Source of the DNA: Candidatus Spongiisociaceae bacterium
Lineage (GTDB): Bacteria; Actinomycetota; Acidimicrobiia; Spongiisociales; Spongiisociaceae
Reading direction: 5' to 3'
Assembly (NCBI GenBank): GCA_965219685.1
Contig: CBDCOH010000002.1
Location: 448,001 to 512,000 of the forward strand
Length of the DNA: 64,000 nucleotides
Made by a program: the position numbers and the translations under genes. Shown here one piece after another: positions 19,029 through 30,981 of the stretch. The notes beneath the pieces were generated by a model, which saw nothing but the letters and a program-made list of their open reading frames with translations, searched no databases and had not been told where the DNA came from. The stretch's first letter is position 1. The number at the start of each line of letters is the position of its first letter.

Positions 19029-19526
19029 ATGGCGCTGACCGTCGGTTCTGCAGACTTCAACGATGGCGACTACCTGGGCGCCGACCACATCCTCGCCGAG
19101 GAGTACGGGTTCGGCTGCGCTGGCGGCAACCGGTCACCCCACCTTTCATGGTCCGGCGCTCCGGAGGGCACCGCTAGTTTTGCGGTTTCCTGCTACGACC
19201 CCGACGCTCCGACCGGTTCGGGCTTCTGGCACTGGGTGGTGGTGAACATTCCCGCAGACGTGAACGAACTTCCAACCGGCGCCGGAGGCGGATCCGGGAT
19301 GCCCGCCGGAGCCTTCCAGACCCGGACCGACTTCGGCCAGCCGGGTTACGGGGGCCCGTGCCCGCCCGAGGGAGACCATCCCCACCGGTACGTGTTCACG
19401 GTTCATGCGGTGGGAGTGGATGCTCTGCCGGTGAACGCCGACACCATGCCTGCGGTCGTCGGGTTCATGCTCCACTTCAACACCCTCGAGAAGGCAACCC
19501 TGATGGGGCTCTACAAGCGCGGCTAG
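19029..19526 (+). CDS. YbhB/YbcL-family PEBP (Raf kinase inhibitor-like) protein
   Basis: SPHLSW, YDPDAPTGSGFWHW, GYGGPCPP and HRY.F motifs. Confidence 0.95.
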   Translation: MALTVGSADFNDGDYLGADHILAEEYGFGCAGGNRSPHLSWSGAPEGTASFAVSCYDPDAPTGSGFWHWVVVNIPADVNELPTGAGGGSGMPAGAFQTRTDFGQPGYGGPCPPEGDHPHRYVFTVHAVGVDALPVNADTMPAVVGFMLHFNTLEKATLMGLYKRG

Positions 19527-19620
19527 GCGAACTCTATTCCGCAGCTCTTCTCGGGTGCGTGAGCGGTACGGGCGGGCGCCGGGTAGACGGCCGTCGGACG
19601 GCCGGTCAGGGTAGCCGACC

Positions 19621-20511
19621 ATGATCCGGGATGCGCTCTGGCTGTTCGCCGAGCTACTGGTGCTGTTCGTAGGTGTGTCGTTCGGACTCACGCTGGTGCG
19701 CCGCCGACTCGGTGATGCGCGTCTGCGGTCCCTGATGGGTGACTCGCCGGTCAAGGCGGCATTACGAGGAATAGGGATCGGCTTCATCACGCCCTTCTGC
19801 ACCTACTCGGCCATACCGGTACTGGTGTCTCTGCGCCAGGCAGGCGTGCCACCGGCCGGGTACGTGGCGTTCATCGTGGCCGCGCCGGTACTGGACCCGA
19901 TCCTGTTCGGTGCTCTGGCCATCATCGTGGGGCTGCCCGCGGCCGTCATCTACCTGGGTGTGACCTTCGCAGCAGCCCTGCTGCTAGCCCTTCTGGCTGA
20001 GAAGGTCGATCTCGACCGCTTTATGAGGCCTCTCGCAACCGGCGGAGGTGGCCGGCTCTCGGGTGCATCATCCGTGGAGCAGGCGCCGTGGGAGGGGTTG
20101 CGCCTCGAATGGAGACCCGCCATGAGAGCGTCGAGAGCACTGCTCCGTACCATGCTGCCCCTGCTGGTGGTGGGTGTCGCGATCGGCTTGGCGATTACCG
20201 CCTTCCTGCCGCCGGAGACCGTGGCCCGGGTACCCGGGTTGTCGTCCCAGGCGGCCATACCGGTGGCGGCCGCGGCGGGGACCTTCTTCTACATCAACAC
20301 TGAACTCTTCGTCCCCATCGCCGATGCCCTCGGATCTGCCGGCATAGGGGTCGGGGCCATCGTCGCGCTGACGATCGCCGGCGCCGGGGCCAACGTGCCG
20401 GAGTTCGTGATGCTGGCGCGGCTAACCACGCGGCGCGTCCTCGCTGCCTTCGGCACCTATGTGTTCGCGGTTGCCATCGCGGGCGGGGTACTGGTCCAGT
20501 TGCTTGTCTAA
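19621..20511 (+). CDS. Predicted permease (ArsP/DUF318 family)
   Basis: G..TPFC..S..P motif, GAGAN.PE and multiple TM helices. Confidence 0.8.
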   Translation: MIRDALWLFAELLVLFVGVSFGLTLVRRRLGDARLRSLMGDSPVKAALRGIGIGFITPFCTYSAIPVLVSLRQAGVPPAGYVAFIVAAPVLDPILFGALAIIVGLPAAVIYLGVTFAAALLLALLAEKVDLDRFMRPLATGGGGRLSGASSVEQAPWEGLRLEWRPAMRASRALLRTMLPLLVVGVAIGLAITAFLPPETVARVPGLSSQAAIPVAAAAGTFFYINTELFVPIADALGSAGIGVGAIVALTIAGAGANVPEFVMLARLTTRRVLAAFGTYVFAVAIAGGVLVQLLV

Positions 20512-20612
20512 CTGCTCCGCAGACCCTGTCGGCTTGGCGGGGTGAGTCCATCTACGAGAGCGTGAATAGGTTCCTTGTGGTTCTGGCTGTTGGGATGGGT
20601 TCGCGGTGTTTA

Positions 20613-20650
20613 TGTCACAGGCGGGTTGTACAATGAGAACATATGTTCGA
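20613..20650 (+). promoter_or_regulatory. DNA-damage-type promoter: TGTCAC-N10-TACAAT plus LexA SOS box GAAC-ATAT-GTTC over the start codon
   Basis: TGTCAC 20613-20618, TACAAT 20629-20634, GAACATATGTTC 20637-20648, ATG at 20643. Confidence 0.75.
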
Positions 20651-22001
20651 TTACCTACTCGACTATCCCGACCGGGAAACCGCCCGGCCCTCCACTGCCA
20701 ACAGTGGAGGGCCGGACGCTGATCTGTTCGCGAGCCCCTACCAGCGGGAACGGCAGCGGGTCTACGACCGGGCCCGGCACATGGCAGCCGATGGTGGCTA
20801 CACCCACGCCGTTGTGGAGGACGCCAAGGCCGAAGCCGCCCTGGTGCGTGAACAGGCCAAGGTCAGCCGGGCCCGGGGTGGGCAGATCGCATGGGTGCGG
20901 CACATGCTGCGGCGGGGCGCGGCGGCCCGGTTGGGGTACCGCAACCCCACTGAGATGGTCGCGTCCCGCCTCGACGTACGCCGCTCTGTTGCCCGGGAGT
21001 TGGTGTACCTGGCGGGGCGGTTGGCGGATCATCGGATCGAGGCGATCCGCGCAGGTGCTGTCTCCTACGAACGTGCACTAGCCGAGGAACACCTGGCCGA
21101 GGCGGGCGCCTCGATGGAGGTGATCGAAGCCAGCCGGGACCTGGACCTCGAAGCCGTCAAACGGGTATTGCAGTCCCATCGCAGGATGAGCCGCCACGAC
21201 GAGCGGGCAGTGTTCGAAGGCCAGTTTCTGATGTTGCAGCCGTCGTTGGACGGCAGCCACATGCAGGTGAACGGACGGCTCGGCGCCCTCGAAGCAGACA
21301 TATGCCGCCAAGGCTTGGACCGAAGAGGCGAAAAACTGGTACCCGCAGGCGAAACCCGTCCCGACGCCGGACAGAGACGAGCCTTGGCGCTCACCACCCT
21401 ATGCCAAGACGAACTAGACCGCACCCCCCAACCGCCCACAACGACCACCGAACGCTTCCGGGCGGCCCGCCGCAGACGCGAACCCGCGCTCATGATCGTC
21501 GCGAACCAGCCCCTCTCCGAGACGTCCGGCTACGAACAAGGGGTCGCCATCCTTGCCGGAGCCAGGGTAGGACCCGACAGCGTAGACCTCATCCAATGCG
21601 TCGGCACCACCGAGATCATCACCGTCTCAGGACAGAACATCCTCCACCACGGAACCACCACCTCGATGCGCCCATCCCTGCGCCGAGCCGTCCTCGCCCG
21701 CGACGACGGATGCACCATCGACGGATGCACCTCCACCTACCGCCTCGAAGCACACCACATCACCCCCAGATCCCAAGGCGGCACCAACACAGCCGAAAAC
21801 CTCACCACCCTCTGCTGGTGGCACCACCACATCGCCGTACACCGCCGAGGCATGCGCATAGACCCCCAAACACCACCCCGACGCCGACGGCTCACCCCAC
21901 CAAGGACACGAACCTGCGACCACCAGCCACCCGAACCCGACCCCCACACCCACGCAACCCTCCACCTCCCACGCACACCCACCAACCGCGCCCCACCCTG
22001 A
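20643..22001 (+). CDS. DUF222/REP13E12-like HNH endonuclease, copy 1
   Basis: RDDGCTIDGC...EAHHI..RSQGG.N..ENL.TLCWWHH (HNH with Cys pairs); ends in RAPP. Confidence 0.88.
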   Translation: MFDYLLDYPDRETARPSTANSGGPDADLFASPYQRERQRVYDRARHMAADGGYTHAVVEDAKAEAALVREQAKVSRARGGQIAWVRHMLRRGAAARLGYRNPTEMVASRLDVRRSVARELVYLAGRLADHRIEAIRAGAVSYERALAEEHLAEAGASMEVIEASRDLDLEAVKRVLQSHRRMSRHDERAVFEGQFLMLQPSLDGSHMQVNGRLGALEADICRQGLDRRGEKLVPAGETRPDAGQRRALALTTLCQDELDRTPQPPTTTTERFRAARRRREPALMIVANQPLSETSGYEQGVAILAGARVGPDSVDLIQCVGTTEIITVSGQNILHHGTTTSMRPSLRRAVLARDDGCTIDGCTSTYRLEAHHITPRSQGGTNTAENLTTLCWWHHHIAVHRRGMRIDPQTPPRRRRLTPPRTRTCDHQPPEPDPHTHATLHLPRTPTNRAPP

Positions 22002-22110
22002 CCCGGGCCTGCCCCCAGCCACTCCGCCCATCGCAACTCGGCAACCAGCTTGAGCCCCCGACCGGCTAGCTCCCGGTATGCTCGTTCTGAATCTAGGAGA
22101 GGGTGAGCCC

Positions 22111-22629
22111 ATGGAGTCAGGTCCATCTGAACCCGGCGGCGCCCCGGTCGCGATGACGGGCTGGGTGACGCTGGGGAACGGAGAGGTGCGCGAGTTGGCC
22201 AACCTGGGGAGCCGGTTGGGGGCGAGAATCCTCGACTGGATCCTCGTCGGGGTGGCCATCGCGATCCTGGCCGTGATCGGCATCGTCGGGGCCCTTGCGT
22301 CCGGGGACGAGGCAACCTTCATCACGGTGGTGTTCGGCATAGCTTTCTCGGTTCTGATGATCACGCTCCTCTACGAGATGACCATGATCGCTCTCCGGGG
22401 CCAGACCGTCGGCAAGATGATGGTCGGTGTCAAGGTGGTCCGCGCCGCGGACGGTGGCCTACCCGGCTGGGGCAAGTCGATCGGGCGCTGGCTCATCCTG
22501 GTAGCTCCGGGCCTGATCCCCGTCGGTGGCCTCCTGCTGACCCTCCTGGTGTACCTCTCGCCGACCTTCGACGACCGTCGCCAGGGCTGGCACGACAAAG
22601 CCGTCGCCACAGTGGTGGTCAAGGCGTAA
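22111..22629 (+). CDS. RDD-family membrane protein
   Basis: RLGARILD, GQTVGK, GWHDK motifs. Confidence 0.9.
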   Translation: MESGPSEPGGAPVAMTGWVTLGNGEVRELANLGSRLGARILDWILVGVAIAILAVIGIVGALASGDEATFITVVFGIAFSVLMITLLYEMTMIALRGQTVGKMMVGVKVVRAADGGLPGWGKSIGRWLILVAPGLIPVGGLLLTLLVYLSPTFDDRRQGWHDKAVATVVVKA

Positions 22630-22676
22630 GTGGGCAGTGGTCATGTCTCTCAGCGTGGAGGCAGGTCCGCTAGCCG

Positions 22677-24140
22677 CTATTCGCCTCGACGCCACAGATC
22701 CAAGGCTTGGAGGAGGTACTTGTCGAGCCAGGCCTCGAACCGCGCCTCCACGGCTTCGAGGGATTCCAGGTAATTGATCTGGAAGAGTTCCCTGCTCACC
22801 GTGTGCTGGTCCTCGATCATCGAGTGAGCCTCGTCTGTCTCGGTCTTCCGGTAGAAGCAGAGCGAGACGCCCACTAGACCCCGGTACTCCGGACCGATCC
22901 CATGGAACGAGAGGACGATTTCCGAACGTCCGGCCTCCGTCTCAAGTACCAGCCTGCGCCAAGCGCTGAACTCCCGGATGTTTGCGAAATAACCCATATC
23001 CCTGGCCGTCTTGATGATCTGGGCGCTGTGCCACCGCCGCCGGGAACTCGTTTCGTTCGGGGCACTGAAGTCATCGAACACCTTACGCTCGGACGGGCCG
23101 CGGATCGCATCGCTTAGCTGTCCCGATATCCTTGCAAATGTGGTCCCCGCCCGGTTCCAAAGGGCATCGGCGTGATCCTTGGCCCGTATCATGTTTCTGG
23201 CTAGGTCCTCGTCCCGTTTGCGGAAGTGCTCGCCGATAGCCGCCACCATCTGATCGAGGTGTTCGCTCGCCCGGAGCACTTCGCGTGCGACTCCGAGCGC
23301 ATCAACGAATGCCTTGCGTTGGGCGGAGGCGAACACCTCTATGAGCGGTCCGAGGTATCCCCGGTCGGCCGCTTCGAGGGAATCGATGTAGTCGGGCCGC
23401 TGGTCGCGATGGATGACCAGGGGAAACCAATCCTCCCTCATGAAGACAAGTGACGCGAGCGCCCGCGCCACCCGCCCGTTGCCGTCCTGGAAGGGATGGA
23501 TCTGCGCGAAACGGTGGTGGAGCCAGGCCGAGAACACCTCGGGCGCGATCCGTTCTTCCATGTAGCGGTCGTGGAACTCGATGAGACGTTCCATCTCGAC
23601 CGTGACCTGTTCCGGGGGACAGTATTCATGAACGGCACCGGCCCTCGTCGGATTGTTGGGCCACTTCTTGTACGCACCGTGTAGGAGAGGAACCTCCACT
23701 CTCTGGCCGAACATGTCGATTCCCGTTGCTGTCTTCTGGCTACGCGTGATCAGGGCATGGAGGTGCTTGATGAACGATTCAGAGAGCGGACGTTCGGTCT
23801 TGACGAAGTCGAACAACCAATCAACCGCCTCCTTCTGGTCGTGGATGTGGGCTGCAACTTCTGCGGGTGGGCGGTCTGTGGCATCGTGTGGGATGAGCGA
23901 CTCGTCGATTCCCCGCTCGATCAATAGCTGCGTGACGCCGCCGTCTAGGGTGTACAGGCGTTCCAGGATTCCGGTCTCGATCGCCCATTCACGGGCCAGC
24001 CGCTCGTTGAACTGCTTGAGGCTCTCCGTATCCGCCAGTGACTCGCGTTGTTCGAACCAGACACTCACCAGCGGAGGAAGTTCCTTGACGGCCAAGTCCT
24101 GCCGGTCCGCTCCCAGGCCGGTGATCGGTTCCCATGCCAT
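22677..24140 (-). CDS. Fic-domain protein
   Basis: Canonical Fic motif HPFQDGNGRVAR. Confidence 0.9.
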   Translation of the reverse strand: MAWEPITGLGADRQDLAVKELPPLVSVWFEQRESLADTESLKQFNERLAREWAIETGILERLYTLDGGVTQLLIERGIDESLIPHDATDRPPAEVAAHIHDQKEAVDWLFDFVKTERPLSESFIKHLHALITRSQKTATGIDMFGQRVEVPLLHGAYKKWPNNPTRAGAVHEYCPPEQVTVEMERLIEFHDRYMEERIAPEVFSAWLHHRFAQIHPFQDGNGRVARALASLVFMREDWFPLVIHRDQRPDYIDSLEAADRGYLGPLIEVFASAQRKAFVDALGVAREVLRASEHLDQMVAAIGEHFRKRDEDLARNMIRAKDHADALWNRAGTTFARISGQLSDAIRGPSERKVFDDFSAPNETSSRRRWHSAQIIKTARDMGYFANIREFSAWRRLVLETEAGRSEIVLSFHGIGPEYRGLVGVSLCFYRKTETDEAHSMIEDQHTVSRELFQINYLESLEAVEARFEAWLDKYLLQALDLWRRGE

Positions 24141-24231
24141 CCCGCATCGCCTCTCTGGATTGGATCAAGTGATCCGGAACGCAGCGGATGTTAGCGAGAC
24201 GGTGCGATTCCGATGTCACCGTTAGGCGGTG

Positions 24232-27636
<3,405 letters not shown>

Positions 27637-27718
27637 GATGTCCTCCCCGGCGCCGCATGCCGCGGTCTCCCCCGACGCCTCGTTTTCCCGGTCCCCTACC
27701 GGTTCAGTAGGACCAAAC

Positions 27719-27747
27719 AGCGTAATGACATCCTTGTAGTTTGTCAA
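27719..27747 (-). promoter_or_regulatory. Sigma-70/SigA-type promoter for nrdJ
   Basis: Minus strand TTGACA (27747-27742), 17-bp spacer, TACGCT (27724-27719). Confidence 0.75.
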
Positions 27748-27961
27748 GGTCTGATTCCCGTCTGCCGTTGTTCAGCGCTTCACCTGCGGCAACCGCTCGA
27801 GGCTCTGCGGGCCGCATGGGCGCGCCGAAGGAGCGGAGCCTTCGTCCAAGGGAAGAGGGACGGACCGTCCCGGGAAGTGCCGGGAAGCTTAGTCGCCCAC
27901 CGCGGCCGGAATAGCCTCCATTTGCCGTGGTCACTCCCGCGTTGGCCTCTTGGGCCTCCGC

Positions 27962-28729
27962 CTATCTCGGGTACAGGGTCTCGGTGTGGCCGTCAACCGC
28001 GATGACCTGGCCGCTGATCCGGGCGCCCCGTTCCGATGCCAGGAACACGACCAGGTCGGCCACCTGCTCCGGGGTGACGAAGGTGCCCATCGACGTGCCG
28101 CTCTCGTACATGGAGCGGATCTCCTCCTCGGATCGGTTCTCGGCCTTCGCATGGGCGGCCACCACACGATCCATGCGATCGCCGCTGATCGGTCCAGGGG
28201 CGATCGCGTTCACGCGGATGTTGCACGGGCCCAGTTCCATCGCCAGGGTCTTGGTGAGGCCGACCACGGCGAACTTCGCAGCCACGTAGGGAGCCCGGTG
28301 GGGCATGCCCATGATCCCTGCGGTAGAGGCAATGTTGATGATCACGCCGCGGCGGCGGGCCTTCATGGCCGGCACCACGTACCGCGTGCAGTGGAACTGG
28401 CCGTCGAGGCCCACGGCCAAGCAGCGCCGCCACTCGCCGGGGGCTATCCGCTCGATTGGTTTGGTCGGTCCGGCGATGCCCGCGTTGTTGACCAGGATGT
28501 CGATGCCTGAACGTGCGATCGGCTTCAGCCAGGCGCCGACCGCGCCGGGATCCGCCACGTCGACCCTGGCGCCCTCCAGTCCGTCCGGGAGATGTTCGAG
28601 AGCGGCTTCGTCCACGTCGCAGACCATGACGGTGGCGCCCTCGCCGGCCAGGGTCATGGCGATCACCAGGCCGAGTCCACCTGCGCCGGCGGTGACCGCG
28701 GCGCGCTGCCCGTCGAGTCGCGTGTTCAT
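27962..28729 (-). CDS. SDR-family oxidoreductase
   Basis: TAGAGGLG, NNAG, YVAAK, VNAIAPG. Confidence 0.93.
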   Translation of the reverse strand: MNTRLDGQRAAVTAGAGGLGLVIAMTLAGEGATVMVCDVDEAALEHLPDGLEGARVDVADPGAVGAWLKPIARSGIDILVNNAGIAGPTKPIERIAPGEWRRCLAVGLDGQFHCTRYVVPAMKARRRGVIINIASTAGIMGMPHRAPYVAAKFAVVGLTKTLAMELGPCNIRVNAIAPGPISGDRMDRVVAAHAKAENRSEEEIRSMYESGTSMGTFVTPEQVADLVVFLASERGARISGQVIAVDGHTETLYPR

Positions 28730-28831
28730 GTCCCCACGAGGCTATCCCGCTCTTCGTTCGGTTGTCGCCAAGGGAGCCGGAGACCGGCCGCGGGCACCAT
28801 CCATTCCCATGGCGTCGGGTAGTATCGACTC

Positions 28832-30076
28832 ATGGATCTCTACGCCCGGGTCAACATTCTCGAGGGTCGCGCGGTCCGTCTGGGTCGAGGAAGTCTCGAC
28901 GATGTCACGTCCCTCGACGCCGATCCCGTGAACCGGGCCAGGGGCTGGGTGGACAAGGGCGTCGACTACCTGCTGGTGGTCGACCTGGACGCAGCCGCCT
29001 ACCGCTCGTACCGCAACCGTCCCCTCATCGACCGGATGCTCGACGCCATGGACGTGCCCGTCGTCGTGGCCGGTGGGATCCGTTCAGAACGGGAGGCGGC
29101 CCGGTTGATCGAACGGGGCGCGTGGAAGGTGACGATGGGCACCGCGGCCATCGAGATGCCGACCATGGTCTGGGACCTGTGCCGCGACTATCCGGGCAGG
29201 ATGATGGTCTCCATAGACGTGCTCGAGAACGAGGAGTTGGTCACCCGCGGATGGACGTCCAACTCAGGCCGGTTCCTCGAGGAGGTGATGCTGGAGATGG
29301 CATCCTGCGGTGTGAGCGGCTTCTTCGTGGCCGATGCCAGGCGGGATGTCCTGACCGAGCCGCCCAACGTCGAGATCCTGCGGACGGCCCTCGAGTACGT
29401 GGACGAGCCGGTCATCGCCTCCGGTGGTGTGCGACATCTGGACGACCTCAGGGCACTCACCTCGATCGACGTCGGCGGCCGGGCGCTGGCCGGTGTCGTA
29501 GTCGGTCGCGAGGTGACCGAAGGGCGGTTCACGATCGGTCAGGCGAAGTCGGTGCTGAGCGGACCGCCGAGGGCGCCGTCGGCGGTGCGGCAGATGAGAG
29601 TGGTCCTGCCGTGCAGCGACATCGATCGGAGCATCGACTTCTACCAGGGAACTCTCGGCTTGCCGCGCCTTGACATGTTCGAGCGTGACGAGCTCAAGGA
29701 GACGAGCGTCGATCTGGGGGATGATGCCGCCGGTGACCTGAGGTTGGGAGATGGCCGGTTGACGCTCGGCATGTCGCGGTACCGGCGCCTCACGGACCGC
29801 GGGGTGCTGTTGGAGGTGGGGGACGGCCGCATGCTCGAACTCGTCTCGGCCGCTGATGATCCCGCCGGCTTGCCCACGGGGGACCGGTGCCGGCTCATCT
29901 TCGTGGTCGATGACATCGAGGTGTGGCGCGATCGCGTCGGGAGGCTCGGAGAGGTCCCCGTGCACGCCGCCGACGCTATGGCCGGAAGTATCGACATCAA
30001 GGGTCCGGACGGGGTCACCGTTACGATCTCGGAGGCGCGCGGTCTCCAGACTTCCCACGCCGGGCGGGTCTCGTAG
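28832..30076 (+). CDS. HisA/HisF-like TIM barrel fused to a VOC/glyoxalase domain
   Basis: VVDLDAA, AGGIRS, GTAA, IASGGV; C-terminal DIDRSIDFY..TLG and GPDG. Confidence 0.75.
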   Translation: MDLYARVNILEGRAVRLGRGSLDDVTSLDADPVNRARGWVDKGVDYLLVVDLDAAAYRSYRNRPLIDRMLDAMDVPVVVAGGIRSEREAARLIERGAWKVTMGTAAIEMPTMVWDLCRDYPGRMMVSIDVLENEELVTRGWTSNSGRFLEEVMLEMASCGVSGFFVADARRDVLTEPPNVEILRTALEYVDEPVIASGGVRHLDDLRALTSIDVGGRALAGVVVGREVTEGRFTIGQAKSVLSGPPRAPSAVRQMRVVLPCSDIDRSIDFYQGTLGLPRLDMFERDELKETSVDLGDDAAGDLRLGDGRLTLGMSRYRRLTDRGVLLEVGDGRMLELVSAADDPAGLPTGDRCRLIFVVDDIEVWRDRVGRLGEVPVHAADAMAGSIDIKGPDGVTVTISEARGLQTSHAGRVS

Positions 30077-30087
30077 AGGAGGGTTTC

Positions 30088-30870
30088 ATGCCTGGGACGG
30101 TGTCTGTGGCGAAGAGTCTGGGTCGATCGTGGCTGCTGGTCCTCGCGCTGGTCGGCATCCTGGTGCTGTCCGCCTGCGAGTTCCGGATCCGCGCCGATCT
30201 GGTGATCGAGGAGGACGAGAGCGGGACCCTCTCGGTCGAACTGGCGATGGACGAGGAACTGGCCGCCCTGGCCGGCAGCTTCGGAGGTGAATTGGTCGTG
30301 GGCGAGGAGATCGTTCCGGCCGGGTGGACCGCGCAGGTGGTGACCGACGAGGGCTACGAAGGTATCCGCGCCTCTACGGACTTCGGATCGCTGGGCGAAC
30401 TGGAGCAGCGCCTGGGTGAACTCGCCGAAGGGACCGGCACCGCCGACACGCCTCTCCTGGCCTTCCTCGCCGATATCTCCCCCACGCGTGAGGAGGACAC
30501 GTTCCGCTTCCACCTCCTGATCCCGGAGGAGGTCGAAGCCATGATCGGGGAGGAAATCCAGCAGAGCCCGATACCCCTCGACCTTGCAGTTCTCGATGAG
30601 GTGTTCGACATCCGTCTCAGCCTGGTCCTGCCCGGCGACCTCCTATCCAGCAACGCGGACGTGGTGACCGGCGAGACCCTCGTGTGGGATATCTCGCTGG
30701 CCGACAGCGGGCGCGTGCTGGAGGCCGAGTCACAACTCCCCGGGCCGGACCGCACCAGATTGGTCGTGTTGGGAGTTGTCGTGGTTGTGCTGCTGGTCAT
30801 CGTCTACTTCGTGGCCAGGTTGCGCGGGCGGCGCGCTGATCCGGATCCCGATCGGGCGGCCGGTGGCTAG
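30088..30870 (+). CDS. LppM-like lipoprotein with C-terminal TM helix
   Basis: Lipobox LSAC, LPG...SNAD...LVW, C-terminal hydrophobic helix. Confidence 0.7.
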   Translation: MPGTVSVAKSLGRSWLLVLALVGILVLSACEFRIRADLVIEEDESGTLSVELAMDEELAALAGSFGGELVVGEEIVPAGWTAQVVTDEGYEGIRASTDFGSLGELEQRLGELAEGTGTADTPLLAFLADISPTREEDTFRFHLLIPEEVEAMIGEEIQQSPIPLDLAVLDEVFDIRLSLVLPGDLLSSNADVVTGETLVWDISLADSGRVLEAESQLPGPDRTRLVVLGVVVVVLLVIVYFVARLRGRRADPDPDRAAGG

Positions 30871-30981
30871 TTGGTAGTTGAGGTCTACGTTTGTTGACGC
30901 CCGGCAGCTGACAAACGGCACCCGTGTCCCCGGCTTGTGAGATACTGAACCGTCCCTGAAGTGCTCCGGTAGGGAGGCCGT

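Larger units (their letters stand above)
20613..22058 (+). mobile_element. Putative DUF222-HNH dispersed element, copy 1
   Basis: Closely similar in DNA to 62859-64000 (minus strand), including about 55 bp of non-coding tail. Left boundary not determined. Confidence 0.6.

Noticed and set aside
27725-27741. NrdR box in the nrdJ promoter spacer
   Set aside because: Only a weak partial match and no clear second box, so not called.
27750-27960. Cobalamin riboswitch upstream of nrdJ
   Set aside because: No B12-box or GGGAA...GGTG..AATCC core found on the minus strand, and the region lies upstream of the predicted promoter.
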